A stretch of DNA of 64,000 nt. Source: Phoronis australis. Taxonomy: Eukaryota; Animalia; Phoronida. The stretch spans positions 123,195-187,194 of the forward strand of contig NMRA01000328.1 of assembly GCA_002633005.1 (NCBI GenBank), written 5' to 3'. Below the pieces are notes generated by a model. That model was not told where the DNA came from. It saw nothing but the letters and a program-made list of their open reading frames with translations, and did not search any database. The position numbers were made by a program, and so were the translations under genes. Each line of letters begins with the position of its first letter. The stretch's first letter is position 1. Shown here piece by piece: positions 1 through 11,434 of the stretch.

Positions 1-1614
1 GTGAGCATCTCGTCAAATATCTAGAAAACTATAGAGATTCACTCTATAAAGTACATGTTTTCTGAAAGTAGAAAAGCTCAATATTTCTATTTTTAAGTTA
101 GTACGCATGTGTCATGAAGTGGGTCAATTGACCATGTCTTTTTAGAAAAAATGAAGCAAAGTAGAAACTAAAGGTACTTTTGTAGCAAACTAAATATATC
201 GATAACTTGACCAAATTTCATTTGAAATAAATTTATTTTTTGTTTTATGCAACTATACAGTTAGACTGTAGGTGCGCCCAATTTGTGGAAAAGCCAAGTG
301 TTTTCCCCGCTCTGTTGCAGGTGTTGTTACCACCAGGCTTTGTGGGTCAACAAAATTGTTGTCCTTGTATGCTTGCATAGTCACTTGAAATATGTTTTAG
401 GTTACTCCAAATTACCTCAAGTCCCTATAGATCTTGCAGTTACTTAACAAAGACTCAAAGTACATTGGACATGACTATATAACTGTCTGGGCCCAATGTC
501 TCCAGGGATCAACAAGGTATTGAGTGTTTGGTGCTTGTTGCTAGCAGGCCAACCAGCTGCAGTTATCCATTCTTATCTAACTGGAATACACACATTTCAT
601 CCTGTCTTTTGTGAAATATCTGGATACAAGATATTGCAATTCAGTAAAATTGTCAAATGGCTCTAGCTGAAGTTAATCTGTGTTCAAACAGAAAGTTGTC
701 CTGAGTATCGTGCACCAAGAACATCTGGTACAGTTCTGCTATAACATGGCTGAAGTGATGGAAGACACCCTGCGCATGCATAAGCTTTGCCATGACGTTA
801 AATATTATGTACCCCCTTTGATTCCTTTACATGGCCCCAAGCACTTACTAATTTGACGTTGTCAATCTTTGTCTCCCGGTTATCCCAAAGTCAGTGGATT
901 CCTTCTCATCGCTACCACTTCAGCCTTCTGTCACCAATTTCACACCGTCTCTTGGAGACTTTTCTACTTGGGGCCAGTTGGGGGCAAATCCTATGTATGG
1001 TAAGCATCCACCAGAAACTTGGGTTTTCATACTTCAACAAGATGTCCAGAGAAAGGGTCACTTTTTAGACCTGACCACGTCACACAGTTACACATTTAAA
1101 TTATGATTTTTGACCTTTAGGGCATATTTAAATGGACTTCATTAGGGTGCCAAAAAGATGTGCTCTGTGACAAAGTCATTATAATCTTTAGGAAGTATAG
1201 ACGTACTGTACGAATCTACTACTCAGGCTACGTAATCAGAAACAACATCACCTCAAAATGTGTAGATACAACATCATTTTGGAAACATCGGTTACAGTTT
1301 CACTTGTTCTTGAGTGAAAATGATGTCTGAGATCAAGATTTAGATTTGATTTATTCGGGTCTAGTTTGGAGAAACTTCACATTGAAGGGAGTGTCAGTTA
1401 AAGGGCCCCTGGTATACTGCCTGAGGGGCTGTTTGAAGTCTTGCTGAGAATCAGTTCCCATGTTTCTAGTGGCTCCCTCAGGAAAAGTGAGGCAATTGAT
1501 TTCATCATTGGGGCCCATTACATGAGTGCTTCCTTCAGAAAAAGGATATAAATACAAAAAATGGAAAAGAGTAGCCCCGGATCCCATGCCGTCATCAGAC
1601 CCTTTCCAAGAACT

Positions 1615-2795
1615 GGCCATTTTTACTGTTTTCGAGTCCACCCCTTTGTCAACCAAACCACTCTTAAGAATAATTGTGAATACTGGCATATATGTTTCTA
1701 TTGTGAAGAGGACGGTTGACGGTGATATTCAGATGACTTCAAATACTGTGGCGCCTCCTAGTGGCAGTTTTGTTTATTTGTGCACCCATAACTGCCCCTA
1801 AACCTCTTCAGGATCTTTATTAAATTTAGCAAGTGTATTTATAGGAAGTTGAAAACAGACGATGACAACTTTCAGATGGATCAGACAACTGGTGTTTCCC
1901 CTTAGTGGCAATTTTAGTTTTTTATGTAGACCTCTGTCTCTTCAAAGGTTCTCTATGGATTTTCATAAAATTTGGCAGATAGGCATCTGTTAGTGAGGCC
2001 AGATGCTATCCTCTCGTTTTTGGATTGATTCGATTTATTTTGCACCACCTAGTGGCCATTAATACTGTTTTGGAGACTGTTTTTTGGTGTCCGCCCTTCT
2101 GTCAAACAAACCATTCTAAGGATGATTGTGGATGTTGACTTGTATGTTACTACTGTGAAGAGGACAGTTGACGATTATTTTCCGATGACTTCGACTACTG
2201 TGGCACCTCCTAGTGGCAGTTTTGTTGAAACGTGAATGGCTGTATCTTCTAAACCCTCTGGAGGATCTTTATTAAATTTGTATAAAGTTGACAACGTACT
2301 ATGATGACTTTCTGACAAATGCTGTGCTCCCTAGTGGTAATTTATTTTTTTCAGTTATCCTCTGTTTCTCTAAAGCTCCTTGATGGATATTTATGAAATT
2401 TGGTAAATAGCTTTCTATTGAAACAATGATATGTTCCAATTTTCGGATGGATTTGGCATATTTTGTGCCATCTTCAGCGGCCATTTTTTTGTCTTTAGTC
2501 CGTTTTTGGCATCCATCCCTCTATTAACCAAGGATGATTGTGGAAATTGGCATATATGTTATGTTCTTAGTGTGAAGAGGACGGTTGACGATGATTTTCC
2601 GACAACTTTGACTACTGTGGTGCCTGCTAGTGGCAGTTATGTTTTTTATGCCCTCATAGCCCCCTAGTGGCAATTTCATTATTTTCTGTTTTCATCTGTT
2701 TCTTTGAAGTTCCTTGACACATTTTTATGAAGTTTGGTAAATAGCTTCCATTTTCGGATGGCTTCAGTGTATTTTGTAACATCTAGTGGCCATTT
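1615..2795. repeat. Degenerate tandem/dispersed repeat (~420-450 bp units) rich in (G)CCNCCTAGTGGC motifs
   Basis: TGTGAAGAGGACRGTTGACG recurs at ~1702, ~2155 and ~2572, each with similar flanks. Related fragments occur at ~12860-13050, ~14480-14760, ~15030-15270 and, inverted, at ~59700-59830. Confidence 0.75.
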
Positions 2796-3834
2796 TAATG
2801 ATTCAAATAAACACACCTAGAAGTACTCCGTTTGTGGTGCATTGGTAGGTGCATTTCAATGCTCTGTGTTTCTCTTATTTGGATAAGCTGTTAGACTGCA
2901 CAACAGTCAGTATGTCATTCTCTAGAACACCCTTTACATCGTCATCCTCCAAGTGTGGCAACAGTTTTCTGCCTTGTGAAGTTGACATAAGTTTCTATTT
3001 GGGGAGAGGGAGAGGTCTTTGCCATTTTTGATGGCAAGCACTGGCAAAAATAGTAAGGCATATGAGCAAAGGTCATACCGTAAACGTTCGGGTTAACGCC
3101 CATGCTCAGTTAACCGCCCACCCCTTACTTTAGGTGAATTTTTGATTTAACCGCCCACTGCTCGGTTAAGCGCCCCCTGCAATTTTTGAAGATTTCCAGT
3201 TAAGTGGCCACCTCTCGGTTAAGCACCCACCTCTCGGTTAAGCGCCCATCCCCGACTTTTAAAGAATGAAGATTTTGCGCCCAGTGCTAAGGAACCGTGC
3301 AAACACAATGAGCGCAACGATGTCGGGCTTCCAAGACGGTGGTTTAGCAATGTGAATTACAATTCAAGTAAAGAGTTATTGTCTTGGGTCATGGACTCAC
3401 TTCAAAATATAATACTTGAACGTTTTTGTCACTTTATTTTCTTTCCATGTTTGCAAAGTTTAAAGGAGCATGCCACCCAAAAAACAACCTAATTTGTATC
3501 AATTTAGATCGAGTAGTTCTACTCCATAACGACATGTATGGTTGCGATACTTGACACCTGACGGCAGACGGAGGTGTTGAAATTATCCAATGACGTCATC
3601 GGTTTCACACGCAGTCTCTTCAGCAGTTCACAACACGGGTTACATGTGTCAGCTTATCGCTTGAAGTCATCGTTTAACACCAAAAAATCATCAAAATTCG
3701 ATGTGAAACCCTTAAACATACACAGATTTCTTATAAAAATGTGTTGTTTTATTTCGTTCTTACGGATTTATTGGTATTTGGACACACCGTAGCCTACAAA
3801 GTTCGACAGGCTAATAAGGTCCGTAGCAGGAGTT

Positions 3835-3912
3835 TGGGGTCTGTTCGGAGACAATTTCGAAGTATTTTCCGTGAGATACAGACAGGAGAACCTAAATCTG
3901 TGTTGTTTAGAC
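3835..3912 (+). pseudogene. Decayed KolX-like (P2X7 C-terminal-like Cys-rich) fragment
   Basis: Translates WGLFGDNFEVFSVRYRQENLNLCCLD, resembling the WCxCGxC...ExxCCxE motif with Cys->Gly/Phe single-base changes. It lies at the opposite end and on the opposite strand to the THAP stub. Confidence 0.4.
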
Positions 3913-4774
3913 TTGTGATTTTTTGAGTTCTCAACACAAAACGCTTGTTATCCTGGCCAGTGGCTTGGAGCCCGATCAGGCCTTTCGCGGCTGGCCGGAT
4001 TTACTTGAGTTATCCCGGCGGCCAGTGGCTCGGAAACTGATCAGACATCACGAACATAAACCAGCCAAACTTCAGTGGAAACTAAACTTCGAGTCAAGAA
4101 AATACTATACTAGTGAGCCAAAGTAATGTGCACGTGATTATGTTGGTGAATTAGCTACGAAACTGCAAATCTACTTACTCGTCGGGGCCGCGAATTCACT
4201 CGGGTTCTGCTTTGGCCACAGCACCGTCAGGGCAGAAGTTGTACATTGACAATCATTATTTGAGTAATGTAAACGTAAATAAAGATTCCCCTAACACCTG
4301 GCCGTGGGATGGAAATCGAGTTGTTTCACAACAGTTTCTGCCAGCAAACACTAAATTAGCATGAACTCACACGGCCTCGGTGTCCCGTCAATTAGTTTTA
4401 TTGCACCTAAAGCCGGTAAAGCAGTGATTAATTCATTGCTGGCTTCTCAAATCATTTGCACTCACGAACACTCCAAAGGCATTACAAATTGCATCTACTG
4501 AGACAGACTTTGTTTCAGTTGGTTAGGGTGAGAATAATTCATTTTGATACAGAACGCGCAGTAATAAACGCCAACATGGCAACTCACAATCCCGACTTAG
4601 GACAAGCTAGAGCTCATCAGTCCCGACTGCGCAGGTAGATCGTTAAGTTTTACACGCTATCAATTCAAACAGGAATACAATGATGAAGAAATACTAGAGA
4701 GGTGTCGTGAACAAGCTCAGACAACGGAGCGTATGGAGTTGTTTGGTAAGCCGGCATTCGTCAGGCACTGTCGA

Positions 4775-4970
4775 CTGCAGGCCACAGACACGGAGATGTT
4801 TCACGGCCTTATACTTGCTATTTACAGCGTACATTTCATTCTTCACTACCATGAGCCACTTCCTAAGCATTTTGGACTCTCGAGGAAGTAAAAAAAAACC
4901 GATATACCCGCTTTCCTCACAGCTGCTTAGGTCGGACAAGCGGGAACGATGCACCGCAACGTAGCGGCAT
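4775..4970 (-). pseudogene. Decayed THAP zinc-finger domain (N-terminus of the Kolobok transposase)
   Basis: Across frameshifts it reads MPLR..CIVPAC..GIS.FF.LPRESKMLRKWLMVVK...KHLRVCGL, matching the THAP pattern C-x2-4-C...F.FP....KW...RVCxxH(F). It contains a stop and frameshifts. Confidence 0.7.
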
Positions 4971-5759
4971 TCACTCTGCAAACGAACCACTGACGTCACT
5001 AGCGTCTTTTCTCACCTTCCTCACAGGTTAACGCGACACCTCTTGGCAAGGTAAGGTCGACCGTATGCGAGGCGATGTGGATATAGACTGATTAAGACGG
5101 CAAAAAAGACTAATTAAATCGGGTGGCATTCTCCTTTAAGAACGCCGCTGGCATCGAAACCTCCGCTTTCAGCGACTTTGTCTGCCACGCTGAGTTTCCG
5201 TCTGCAGTGCACTAGATAAAACATATATTCAAAAAAATCAGGCCAGAGAAATGTGACAATGGTTTTGCCAACCCTCCAAATTCTATTAAGGCTCTCGTAT
5301 TTTGAACAAATCTCACAACTCACGGAAAGATGTCAAATTCTCAATATTTTGATGAATGTAACTGCCGGGTTACAGAAGATGTGTGGCGACCTAAGGGACA
5401 GTACAAGTGCCTTGCTGAGTTACCGATTTCGTTGCTGCCTATCAATTTCTGAATTCAAATGTTGGCAATAATGTATGTTTGTGTATGATCTTGAGGTAAT
5501 AAAACACTGCTAGTCAAATTTTGTTTTTCGCTTATTGCATCTCAGTCAAACTGGCGTTAGCAGATTTAACTAATGTCGCTGGCTCACCATTTCTTGCGTC
5601 AGCCCCCACGTAAGCGTGACTGTATGAATTATCGTTTCCACATCCCCTTCGCGGGTGAGAATTTTACACGTTTGACACGCTTTTGAGCGTGTCAAACGTG
5701 TAAAAAAAATGTAATACGTGTCAAAATTGCCACGCTAACGTGTAAAACGTGTAAAAACA

Positions 5760-5975
5760 TGACACGCTAGCTTGTCAAACGTGTAAAATTTGCCACGTTA
5801 GCGTGTCAAACATGTAAAATTTGCCACGTTAGCGTGTCAAACGTGTAAAATTTGCCACGTTAGCGTGTCAAACGTGTAAAATTTGACACGTTAGCGTGTC
5901 AAACGTGTAAAATTTGCCACGTTAGCGTGTCAAACGTGTAAAATTTGACACGCTAGCATGTCAAACGTGTAAAAT
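5760..5975. repeat. 31-bp tandem array (~7 copies), left arm of the foldback-like element
   Basis: Unit ACGTGTAAAATTTGCCACGTTAGCGTGTCAA starts at 5779, 5810, 5841, 5872, 5903, 5934 and (partial) 5965. Confidence 0.95.
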
Positions 5976-6977
5976 ATGATAGAACTCTTCAATAAAGATA
6001 CAATTTAAATAGGCTTGGCAGTTCTGAAAAGGCCACTGGGAGGTAATCACCCAATTTGAATGATTAAACATGTTCCCTTGATAACATCAAAGAGTTTGCA
6101 ACAAAAGTTTTCACTGCCTATTCAAATATCCAAATACTGAGTTGGAATTGGTTTAGCTGTCAGAGAGTGCAGTCCTGTCAGGAGAGCACTTATGAAGTAT
6201 GGTTTTCGAGTGTGGTGCAGCTCTAACAGAAGTTTAGTATGTATATCCTCTGGTTCACAGTGGCTTGATAAACTTTTCTTGCAAATGGTCCTTCTTTTTA
6301 CAGGTAAGTTTGATTGTAAAAGAAAACAAGAGTCAGTAGAAACTGTTGACTATGCAGTTAATACATGTATATGAAGTTGGAACGCCTCTCATCTTCAGTA
6401 GTATATCAATTCATAATATTGTTGTTATTGGATCAACTCACATTTTGTGTCATCTTGAATGAGGATAAGACATTGTGTGTAGAGGTTTGGGCTGCAAAAT
6501 CAACATGAACTCAATGTTGTGACAAATGTTGAATCACTCTTGGTAATTCAAAGATGTTACAAAGTGCGTCTGTTCTTTACTTCATAAACTGTCTTCAAGC
6601 AACTGGCCTGACTCAAAAGCTTAGACTTATATGCATATATATAGCAGCTTAAGCACTTCAAATTTGTATGTTGAACCATTTTATTATTGCTGTGTTAATG
6701 TTATTCTAGATGAAATTAAATTTAGTGACAATAGTATGTGGTAAGAGTTGGATAGTTACATTATTCTTTTAATGATTCTATATCATTATCACATTTTGGA
6801 TTATTTACATCAACAGTAACAATAAACTGTGACTTAAAGAAGAAATCCCTTTATACATTTGCTTTCAGTATGGATTAATATGGTGGATGGTGAGCTGCTA
6901 TAAACAAGAACATTATGGCTTGTACACGGCCTCAGGCTAAATGTAGGGTCGCTACCATGGCAATGACACAGATTACA

Positions 6978-7455
6978 GGCTAGCGTGTCAAAAGCGCCAC
7001 GTTTGACACGCTAGGGTGTCAAAAGTGCCACGTTTTTGCCACGTTTTGGCAAGCCACATTCGACACGCTATCGCCACGTTTGACACGCTAGCGTGTCAAA
7101 AGTGCCACGTTTTTGCCACGTTTTGGCACGCCACGTTCGACACGCTATCGCCACGTTTTACACGCTTATCGCCACGTTTGACACGCTAGCGTGTCAAAAG
7201 TGCCACGTTTTTGCCACGTTTTGGCACGCCACGTTCGACACGCTATCGCCACGTTTTACACGCTTATCGCCACGTTTGACACGCTAAGCGTGTCAAAGGT
7301 GGAGTATTGGAATGAAAATTGCACGTTTTTGCCACGTTCTTGACACGTTTGACACGCTACATTTTACACGTTTGACACGCCACGTTTTACACGTTTGACA
7401 CGTTTTTAGAGCGTTCCAATACTCCACGTTTTTAGAGCGTGTCAAACGTGTCAAA
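6978..7455. repeat. Complex array of CCACGTTT/GACACGCT subunits with a 98-bp higher-order duplication, right arm
   Basis: GCTAGCGTGTCAAAAGTGCCACGTTTTTGCCACG... recurs at 7087 and 7185, with a diverged copy near 7008. Confidence 0.9.
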
Positions 7456-7735
7456 TTCTCACCCGGGTTTTTTGCCATCCAGAATAATTTTGTTTATACA
7501 TTGGTCAGCTTCAGCCTGAACAAAAATTCTTACCATTCGAGTCTGAAATATCTACGACGTAGACTGACTGAAAATTGGCGATAATGGGTAGGAGATTCAC
7601 GCAGCTAGCTACGGGCATGGGCTTAGGGAACATTGAGCCGGGAAATATCGGAATAGACTTGACATACCAGTTTTGCGGAACATTGGCAACGGAGGAACAT
7701 CGTAAAGAACTGGGTCTTTTGTAACAACAGCTTAA

Positions 7736-8216
7736 AGTACATAGTCACTGACGCCCGTTTTTGTTACTTAGGACTGTCGCTATTCTCTTTGGTGACTTTG
7801 TAGTGGTGCACTTGCGCAAGTTCCCACACTTTGGAGTGCATGTTACCTTGACACCAACATGTGATTGACAGGTGACTCACACGTAGGCCCTGCGTGCGTG
7901 CTGAATCCGCCGCTATCTTTGGCCATAGAAACGAGATGCATATCGAAAGAGGCCATGGCATTTCCAGGTCACGATTGGCAGCCGACTGAGACATTGCGCA
8001 CTAACAGCGGGACCGAACAGTGCCGTAGTGCGATATTGCAAGTGATATAAATAGGATAATCTGGACATCTTGCATGAAAAATAAATGTTTTTCTACCACG
8101 AAGTTTGGTAAGGTGATCGTTTAAGAATGAAACATCGCTGTTTTGTGGCTTTTTATCATAAATTTATGCCGTGGCTCAAAATTTTATTCTTGATTGACGA
8201 GTGGTTCACGGCCACT
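7736..8216. mobile_element. Possible second TTAA-target (Kolobok-type) MITE remnant
   Basis: TTAA|AGT... at 7732-7738 and ...ACT|TTAA at 8214-8220. Terminal similarity beyond a few bases is weak. Confidence 0.3.
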
Positions 8217-11200
8217 TTAAACCCCAATTCTTGTCTTAGGCCTACTTCTTTGCCAAGCATGTTTGGCTCAACGGCAAGAGAGCAATGCCGGGCGGTCGAG
8301 ATAAAACAGCTAGCTGCACAACCATACGCTGAAAATGTCATTGAGTCACGGAGTGTCGACTATAAACATCCCAAACACAAAAAAAATCTGAATTAACTTT
8401 ATTACAACTAATTTGAAAACTGCTCTCTGACTATGAACTTGGCAGCTAGTATGAGACTGTAACCATAAATTTGATGTCTGCTGTGACCTCTGCAACACGT
8501 GAAGTTTGCACGCACGCACTTTAGCAAGGTCACATCTTGAAATAGTTGCAATTCAAGTAGAGGCTACGTGGTCAGTGGTCGTCTGCGCTCTGCAGGGCAA
8601 ATTAACAAGACCGCAGGACGTCACGGGTTATTACTCAGCAATTCTGTAAATTTAATAGTGAATAACTAATCTGAGTGCAAGAGAACCTTTGTTGGGATCA
8701 TCCGCTGTTATGACATTTTTCCCGTCATGTGGCGACGTGACGATAACGCTCTTTGAAAAGTGCTACGCGTTCTGAGTGCGTGTGTGGTGTGGGGACTTAG
8801 ATCACGAGGTAAGATTAACCGCCCAGGGCGGTTGTCTGTTGTAATAAGTGCCCATGTTCGGTTAACCGCCCACCCCCGATTTTTTGGGTTTACCAATTTA
8901 ACCGCCCAGGGCGTTAACCCGAACGTTTACGGTATTCACGCTGCCGTGCGATAATTTTGCTGAACTATAACTCCGAAGTTGATGGGAACACCGACGCTTA
9001 ACTTCGCAGTGAACCACAATTAAGATCGAAGCTCTGGTACTAGTGAAGTTAACTGTATGGGAAAGGACCTAAATTTGGCAGTTATATGGGGTTCATAAAG
9101 AACTGCTTTCACTGGCCTTGCATGTCAATTTCAAAAAGCTTACAGTATTGTATGTGAATGATACTCATGATTTACAACTGCCAACAAAATTCTAAGCCAC
9201 CTCTGTGGAATAGTTGCCTTCTCCAAGCCCAAAATTTTATAATGTTGGTTCCAAAACCCAATTGTGTGTAGTGTCATAGTGTCCAGATATGTGATGTATG
9301 GTCAAAAGTCTGTCTTATCCATGTGTAGCTTGTCTGAATTGATCATTCAGGCTTTTAGGTAAACCCCCACTGACAATGTCTATAACAATTTTTTAAACTC
9401 CTATGCTTGACTTAATGTACGAGAATGGTATATGCACAGTAAAATTAAAAACATCTGATAATTTTCCTACAGAGTAAGTACATTTATCAAGTTTTGTTTT
9501 GCCTGGGTAACTGATAACTGTCTTTGTAAAGCAAATGGAAGACAGTTATTTTAATTGGATAACCAAGTGAACATTTCTGTAGCTCGCAAACCACCTGTTG
9601 ATGGGAGTTGGATCATTAAATTCCTATATCATTACTAATTTAATAGTTTTCATTGGTAGTGCTGACAACAGAGAACATCTCAAACCATCTGCCGTTGATT
9701 GGGACCTGTTATAACATAGCCCATGATTGTCAACAAAAGAAACCCGCTTCAGGAATGGCAGATGAAGATCCATTGTTCTTGCAGTGAAGTTTTTGTTAAG
9801 AAACATGAAACCTGTGTTTGCATTTTTTTTCATAGAAGCTGCAGTCCATTTATTATTGTATTGTTTGAAAGTTTCTTATTCATGTTTTTGTCTCACATGT
9901 GTGTCTCAATGATCAGAATGCATCATAACAAGTGTGAAGAGATATTTTCTGCTTTCCAGTTCTAATTTTATGGCACTGTGCGTAAGTTTAATGGTCAGTT
10001 GACTTTGTGATGTGACCTGTTGATAAATGAATGAATTGACATGTTTTTGTTCTTCAAACCTGTTATGGATGCATATTTCCACTCTCCAATAGCAGCTAAA
10101 ATGATGGTTGTGACAACAATAGGTTTGAATACAAAAAATACAAAACTTGATATGGTTCACTGTCATGTCATAAAAAGCTTCTTGACCAAAGTTTCAGTTT
10201 GGTGAAGAAAATCATGCAGTCACATTACCTTCAACCTGCAGTCTTCAAGTAATCTGGCAGGAATCACATCAGCAGTAAACTAAGAATTGACAATTTACTG
10301 TACAAGTATTTATATACTATAACACATTTAGTGTGCTTGTCCTTTCCCATCACTTCTTTTCTGTTGAGCAGTGGGGACTATTGGCAACAAACACTATGCC
10401 ATATGCCATGTAGCCAGTCGTGCTCATGTACCGTCAACCACAATTAAACTGTAACGCTGTCACAGAAACACATTTCAATGGTGTTTTAAGCACTTCTTAT
10501 AGGATTATATGTGTATAAACTTTTCCTTGTTCAGAAGAATCATTGTCATCCTCTAGAATGCAAGGCCTAGATTTCTCTCTGAAGGTATGCATATTAATTA
10601 TGCCTCAATTTGAGTGATTAAAGTGTAGTGAACCATCCAATAATTACAGGTAAAAGTGTTTGAAGTCACTGCATAGGCAGGTGGGAGAACAATGGTTGAT
10701 TAGCATGCCCACCTGTTGTTGATATTATTCAAAGGAACACTGAGGCATCTGTTCATGAATTTGTCAGCATTGCGATTGGCTGAAATTGTGTCGAAACTCA
10801 GGGATGAACTCTTCTATGGCATAGTCCGTTCAAAGTAACGCATCTTATAATTATGTATTTGAAGTTATAAGACTCGTATTTCAGAGTCGATAATTCTCCG
10901 TATTAACCTTTCATACATTCTTATTGACCGGTTCCATGGTAATGCAATTTTGTTTAAGTTTTTAAAAACTTTTGTGATGTAATGCAGAAGTCATGGTGAT
11001 TTGATCATGCAGGGGATTTTCATGTTTCCAAGTCACTATTTTACCTCTGCAGCACCAGCACATCATCACCACACCCAAAAGTGTTCTCAGCTTTTTTGAG
11101 TCATCTGGATTCTGACGTCGCAGTTGCATTTAAATAATTCAAAAATACAAACATGCAGGTGAATGCAAACCTGCATCAAGACATGGTAGTTCCTACTGTC

Positions 11201-11233
11201 ATATTATTGCACAAATGGTGTGTTATTGTTATT

Positions 11234-11434
11234 GTTATTAAAGGCTGAAATGTTCACCCACTTTCAATACATGTCATTTGTGCGTTATTGAAGGCTGAAA
11301 TGTTCACCCACTTTCAATACATGCCATTTGTGTGTTATTAAAGGCTGAAATGTTCACGACTTTCAATACATGTCATTTATATGTCATTAAAGGCTGAAAT
11401 GTTCACCCACTTTCAGTACATGTCATTTGTGTGT
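11234..11434. repeat. 50-bp minisatellite, ~4 copies
   Basis: AAGGCTGAAATGTTCAC recurs at 11241, 11291, 11341 and 11390. Confidence 0.95.

Larger units (their letters stand above)
3464..5135. mobile_element. Kolobok-like DNA transposon, internally deleted
   Basis: 15-bp TIR AGGAGCATGCCACCC (3464-3478) / GGGTGGCATTCTCCT (5121-5135, 1 mismatch). TTAA flanks both sides (3460-63, 5136-39). The RR...YY termini fit Kolobok rather than piggyBac. It carries decayed THAP and KolX-like stubs in convergent orientation. Confidence 0.8.
5652..7465. mobile_element. Foldback-like element with ~30-bp outer TIR and internal tandem arrays
   Basis: CGGGTGAGAATTT(T/G)ACACGTTTGACACGCT at 5652 and inverted, ending at 7465. 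Both arms are built of ACACG/CCACGT/ACGTG repeats around an AT-rich ~1-kb spacer. No TSD was identified. Confidence 0.75.
3078..8932. mobile_element. Non-autonomous Tc1/mariner-pogo-like DNA transposon (outer shell of a nested cluster)
   Basis: Perfect 24-bp TIR CCGTAAACGTTCGGGTTAACGCCC at 3078-3101 with its reverse complement at 8909-8932. TA flanks both sides (3076-77, 8933-34). Subterminal GTTAA(C)CGCCCA repeats occur at both ends. No transposase ORF was recognised. Confidence 0.85.

Noticed and set aside
691-728. Possible plus-strand micro-exons (here, ~12431 and ~13135)
   Set aside because: AG/GT-bounded short stretches are expected by chance. The 13135 candidate has stops in all frames.
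5652-7465. CRISPR-like appearance of the regular 31-bp repeats (also 11234, 17648, 58091)
   Set aside because: The units are contiguous without unique spacers, there are no cas genes, and the context is eukaryotic.
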